The notes under the pieces: generated by a model
Database searches by the model: none
What the model saw: the letters and a program-made list of their open reading frames with translations, nothing else
Told to the model about the DNA's origin: nothing
Position numbers and translations under genes: made by a program
Shown: positions 59,904 through 64,000 of the stretch, piece after piece
How the letters are laid out: the number at the start of each line of letters is the position of its first letter
Numbering within the stretch: the stretch's first letter is position 1
DNA from: an uncultured virus (IMG/VR IMGVR_UViG_3300002068_000001)
Taxonomy: Duplodnaviria; Heunggongvirae; Uroviricota; Caudoviricetes; Crassvirales
Length of the DNA stretch: 64,000 nt
Strand: one strand, 5' to 3'
IMG/VR virus record: IMGVR_UViG_3300002068_000001

Positions 59904-60567
59904 AGTGTTCTTTTAAGTAATTGTTTGTATTAATGAACATTTCGTCATCCATTTCTTGTGATAATCTTGCAAATTGAGCAGGATGATTTTCTTTCAATAC
60001 ACAATTGTTTGCATGATTGATGTATACCGCTAAGTTTTTAGCAACTGTACCGTAGAGAATGTAGACTATACCAGGGTTTCTAAGAGAGAGTTCTGTTAAA
60101 AGAGTTACCATAAAAGGTCTCCACAAATCAATGTGCAATTCAGAGAATCCTATTTTAGCAGTCAATGCAGAATTTAAAAGAAGTACTCCTTGATTAGCCC
60201 AATGTTTAAGGGTGATGTCAAAGTTATTCTTTAATTCTTCTACATTTTCTCCAGTAGGCCAAATTGATGGATTGTGAGGATTAAATAAAGCATCTCTTAT
60301 TACAGATAAAGAGGGACTAAGTTCTTTAGTACCCTCTTTATTTGCAAAAGCAAGTCCTGTAGCTACTCCTTGTTGTGGGTATGGATCTAAACCAATTATA
60401 ACCACTTTAAGTTTATCATAAGGACATTCAGTAAAGCAATTAAACACATCTTTCTTTTCTGGTGTAACTCCTACTACTTTATAGGCAACATCTAGAACTG
60501 AAATGATAGAATGTAATGCTTTAACATTTATTAGGTTTTTCCATCGCTGGAAAGGAGCTAAAATCAT
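59857..60567 (-). CDS. ung: Uracil-DNA glycosylase (family 1)
   Basis: VVIIGLDPYP, ATGLAF, WANQGVLLLNSALT, HPA. Confidence 0.9.
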   Translation of the reverse strand: MILAPFQRWKNLINVKALHSIISVLDVAYKVVGVTPEKKDVFNCFTECPYDKLKVVIIGLDPYPQQGVATGLAFANKEGTKELSPSLSVIRDALFNPHNPSIWPTGENVEELKNNFDITLKHWANQGVLLLNSALTAKIGFSELHIDLWRPFMVTLLTELSLRNPGIVYILYGTVAKNLAVYINHANNCVLKENHPAQFARLSQEMDDEMFINTNNYLKEHYGETIDWYGIRKYKN

Positions 60568-61895
60568 TATACTTCCAATGCATTTTTAGTGATAATTGGG
60601 TCATCAAATGTATCTAATTTACCAATACTATCACCCAATTGACCTTGTTTTCTTACAATGACTCTAAGATTATCCATAAAAGTTAACAATTCTTGTGTAA
60701 GTTCTGGGGAATATACACTAATGAATATTTTTTGGAAATCATTAGGATCTCCTGCAAACATTTTATGAAAAGTCTTATAAGTTGTATCATCAGACATTCC
60801 TTTATTCTTTTTAGCAAAATCAATTGCATATTGCAATATGGCTGAAAAGATAAAGATCCAATTGACAATCTTGTTGAAATTATAAGATGGCCTTAAGAAC
60901 CTCATTTCTACAGTCTTAGGAGACGCATAGAAGCACATATTGATGATGTTACACCAATAATATCTAGCATGTACGTTCCACTTAGCTTCATGACGTTGAT
61001 CTCCAGGATGAGGTAGAGTTAAACTGCCAAGGAAGGGTGTACCCCCACTAAGGAAATTGTAAATTCCTTCAAAACTGGCATATGCTGGCAAGAGTTTACA
61101 ATAGTCTTTACCACTAGCCTTATAAGCTCTGGTGTCGAATGTGTATCTTGGAAGCAACCCTGTATTATACATACAAGACTGAAGTGATTCAGCAAGCATA
61201 TACAAAACAGAAATAGCTTTTTGACTTACTGGGAAATTACCAAAATGGATGTGAAGTGAACACTCCTTATCATATTCAGTATACTTTCTCAATAATTCCA
61301 ATTGTTCTTCTAATAGTTCAAATCCTCCTTTAGAAGAATCTAAAACAACAGAAGCATATTCAATACCAGTGATAGAACCATCCCTAAGAGGAATTAATCC
61401 TGTTCTAAAACATTCTTCTTCAGGAATGTAACCACATGAGGTTTCATATTCCAATCCAAATGTAAAAGGCACAAGAGCCTTATTATTAGGATGAATTGTA
61501 TGAGAAGGTTTAGCTAAATCACCAAATTTTTGTAAATTATTCTCAGCATTGTATTCTCTACGCACATTGTGATAAGGGAATTGACCATTACCTTTATGTG
61601 TGGCAAATGCTCTAATTTGAACAATATTGTCTTGTCCAGCATTGTAGCTATATTTGCCTGTGTTGTTATCAAATACTAAGAATTTCTCAACAAATACACC
61701 TTTAGAGAGAGCATTATAAGTGCCTCCTCTAAAATTGACGGTGATGTTTTTAGTAAGATTGGGTGTGAAATATCCTAAATCATGGATTCTTCCTCTCACA
61801 CCAATTATACCTTGAATTATTTTGGCAGCTTCTTTAGATCCAATGACTACTTCACGTTGTAATTCGTGGTCAAAAACGGTTTGTTCGTTAGCCAT
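60567..61895 (-). CDS. Putative amidoligase (COOH-NH2 ligase fold)
   Basis: TFGLEYET, DGSI..IEY, CSLHIHFG, KTVEMR. Confidence 0.8.
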   Translation of the reverse strand: MANEQTVFDHELQREVVIGSKEAAKIIQGIIGVRGRIHDLGYFTPNLTKNITVNFRGGTYNALSKGVFVEKFLVFDNNTGKYSYNAGQDNIVQIRAFATHKGNGQFPYHNVRREYNAENNLQKFGDLAKPSHTIHPNNKALVPFTFGLEYETSCGYIPEEECFRTGLIPLRDGSITGIEYASVVLDSSKGGFELLEEQLELLRKYTEYDKECSLHIHFGNFPVSQKAISVLYMLAESLQSCMYNTGLLPRYTFDTRAYKASGKDYCKLLPAYASFEGIYNFLSGGTPFLGSLTLPHPGDQRHEAKWNVHARYYWCNIINMCFYASPKTVEMRFLRPSYNFNKIVNWIFIFSAILQYAIDFAKKNKGMSDDTTYKTFHKMFAGDPNDFQKIFISVYSPELTQELLTFMDNLRVIVRKQGQLGDSIGKLDTFDDPIITKNALEV

Positions 61896-61897
61896 AT

Positions 61898-63439
61898 TTA
61901 TTTATTATCTTTATTTTTGTTATCAAACCAATTCAACAATATGCACATTCTGTTAATTTCATCATCTTTGTCAATGTTTTCAAATTCCTTTGCTTTTTCT
62001 TCAAAGAGAGGTAATTGTTTCTTGTTAGCACAGTATACATAAGTAGTTTTTGATTTCAAAATACCATTGGTAAAATTGTATTCAGTATCATCTTGATCTA
62101 AGATAAGTCCCATTGTACCAGAGAATTGTAAATTCAAATTCTTTTCATATTTAATGAATTTCTTATCATTTGTGTCAAAATAAACTTGAGGACTGTAGCA
62201 ATAAACGGTTTCTGGGAATCCATCTAAGTAATCTTCAACCTTTTTATAACCAAATTTTTCACACAATGCAACTATGATTTCAAAACATGTTTTATTGTAT
62301 ACCAATACTCCATCAAAGAACCAGAAGTCTTTAACACCAGCTTTAAAAGTAGTTGGGATGTAACCATATTCAGTTAATTCATATGTACCATGTGCTTTTT
62401 TACCACTAATGTAGTAGAAACCATCGATAAATATGAGTCTACCAGGGACATTATAAGAAGGTATTGCAAATGTTGAACATATAAATGTAGATGAAGCAGC
62501 TCCTGAACTATAATTTGCAGGGGGATTGACTTGACGAATAGGAATCATTGGATTGGTTCTGAAATCTCTCTCATATACACTGTAGTTATAAACAGCAGGT
62601 CCAGACTGATGTCTTTTAGTTCTATCCATAAATGTACGAGATTTGATTACACCAGCTTTGATATGATATAAGAAATTACATTTGACAGTTTTTACACCAC
62701 CATTTATAGATTCACCATATCGCGTAGTATCCAAGAATTGTGCAATTGAAGAAAACCAAATACCTCTATCTTCAACAGAGAAGTAAAGAGGTCTTTCTTC
62801 AGTAGTTTCCTTAGAGTAATGAAATTGAAGAGATTCTCCTTTAAACATATAGACATCAGGATTCTCTCTATTCTTTCTGTAATCAATCATTACAAATGCA
62901 CCAGCTCCTTCATATTCAGTCAATACTTCAAATCCTTTGAAATAAATGATATAAGCCATAATTTGACTATCTGTGAATGTGTCAGGAGTATCTTTTAAAT
63001 ACTTTTTAGCTAATTCTTTATGATTTAAAAGAGTACCATTATGAATTAAAACAAATTCAGTTTCACCAGTTTCTTTGTTTCTAATTACAACAGGTTGAGC
63101 GGTAGTTACTCCTACTGCACCAACAGATGCTTTTCTACAATGACCTAAAGCTACTTTAGCTACTTTAGTTTTTTCCAATAATTCACTGGTGTCATAGAAA
63201 GCTGCAAACAATTTCTCTTTATCAACTCCATACTCTACTTCTCCATCAATGAATACACCACAAGAGTCTCCCCCTCTAACGTCATTAATGCAACCAAGTG
63301 TGTAGAAAGTCTTTTTATCAAACTTCCTTGCTATACCAACATACCCAAATAGACCACAATACAAACTGTTTGATTTGGGTTTGAGGAATAGAAAGAGAAT
63401 GGTGTGAACAAGTAAAAAACTTAAAATTATATTTAACAT
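61898..63439 (-). CDS. Class II (Ntn) glutamine amidotransferase with hydrophobic leader
   Basis: CGLFG, RGGDSCG, GHCRKAS, HNGTL, TDSQ. Confidence 0.85.
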   Translation of the reverse strand: MLNIILSFLLVHTILFLFLKPKSNSLYCGLFGYVGIARKFDKKTFYTLGCINDVRGGDSCGVFIDGEVEYGVDKEKLFAAFYDTSELLEKTKVAKVALGHCRKASVGAVGVTTAQPVVIRNKETGETEFVLIHNGTLLNHKELAKKYLKDTPDTFTDSQIMAYIIYFKGFEVLTEYEGAGAFVMIDYRKNRENPDVYMFKGESLQFHYSKETTEERPLYFSVEDRGIWFSSIAQFLDTTRYGESINGGVKTVKCNFLYHIKAGVIKSRTFMDRTKRHQSGPAVYNYSVYERDFRTNPMIPIRQVNPPANYSSGAASSTFICSTFAIPSYNVPGRLIFIDGFYYISGKKAHGTYELTEYGYIPTTFKAGVKDFWFFDGVLVYNKTCFEIIVALCEKFGYKKVEDYLDGFPETVYCYSPQVYFDTNDKKFIKYEKNLNLQFSGTMGLILDQDDTEYNFTNGILKSKTTYVYCANKKQLPLFEEKAKEFENIDKDDEINRMCILLNWFDNKNKDNK

Positions 63440-63491
63440 TTATTTTATCTATTTTTAATTAAAAACTCAAAGAATAATTTTAAATTCTCTG

Positions 63492-64000
63492 TTATTCTCC
63501 TATGAGAGCGATTTGATACTTTTTAACAATTCTTTTTGCTGATGCTACATTACCATTGTTGATACTGTTGAATACAGTTTCTTCAGATGGTAAATAATTC
63601 TCAATTGCAAAAGGTTTTGTATTGAAATTACTCGAATACTCACGGAGACACTTGTTGTAGTAAGCAATTGCTGCTGCGGTTTGATGAAGAACCCAAGTAG
63701 TAGTGATTTCATCTTTGATGAAGTAACCAGAGAGGACTCTGTATTCAACCCCATAGTTAGTTAAGCGAAAACAACCAGCTTTACCATAGAGAGAACGTCT
63801 CCTTGTGTCAGGATCAATTAGAACTGAAGGTACACCGAGATACAAATCCAATACTTTTAGCAAAGCTAAAGAGGTCGTTAGATTGTTCTCATGGTATCCT
63901 ACATGAATGTGGACACCTGTACTCCTCAAGTTAATTTTAGCCCCTTCAGGAGCCTCATTTTGACTCAAGGTATATACATTGTAGTCGGGGTCACAACCAA
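63492..64000 (-). CDS. phiEco32-like COOH-NH2 ligase type 2 (5' end outside window)
   Basis: Open to the window edge: GCDPDYNVY...LRSTGVHIHVGY...RRSLYGKAG...GVEYRVLS. Confidence 0.85.
   Translation of the reverse strand, partial: GCDPDYNVYTLSQNEAPEGAKINLRSTGVHIHVGYHENNLTTSLALLKVLDLYLGVPSVLIDPDTRRRSLYGKAGCFRLTNYGVEYRVLSGYFIKDEITTTWVLHQTAAAIAYYNKCLREYSSNFNTKPFAIENYLPSEETVFNSINNGNVASAKRIVKKYQIALIGE

Noticed and set aside
1..64000. Suppressor tRNA, CRISPR array, DGR/reverse transcriptase, invertase, integrase
   Set aside because: None recognisable; intergenic gaps are short and AT-rich. A tRNA-CUA may lie outside the window

Overview
This window is about 64 kb of a crAss-like phage genome (Crassvirales, probably with a Bacteroidota host). 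The + strand (1-49.7 kb) is the late/virion arm. Its genes look shattered in the ORF track only because TAG is reassigned to Gln (genetic code 15). Read that way, it gives full-length TerL, portal, an SGNH-hydrolase fibre, a lysis cassette, scaffold, major capsid protein (split by a group I intron carrying a GIY-YIG homing endonuclease), ring, auxiliary capsid and muzzle proteins, and very large virion cargo proteins including the virion RNA polymerase. The - strand (49.8-64 kb) is a TAG-free replication and metabolism arm: metallophosphoesterase, a degenerate ThyX-like protein, PNK, dATP/dGTP diphosphohydrolase, PolA, class II RNR, nucleases, UNG and a phiEco32-like amidoligase/GATase cluster. 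The most unusual observation is one related ~90-100 aa tail-sheath-like domain inserted into three or four different virion proteins, in a genome that seems to lack the usual tail-hub and fibre genes. Family assignments come from motifs, synteny and recalled similarity to crAss001; no database search was run.
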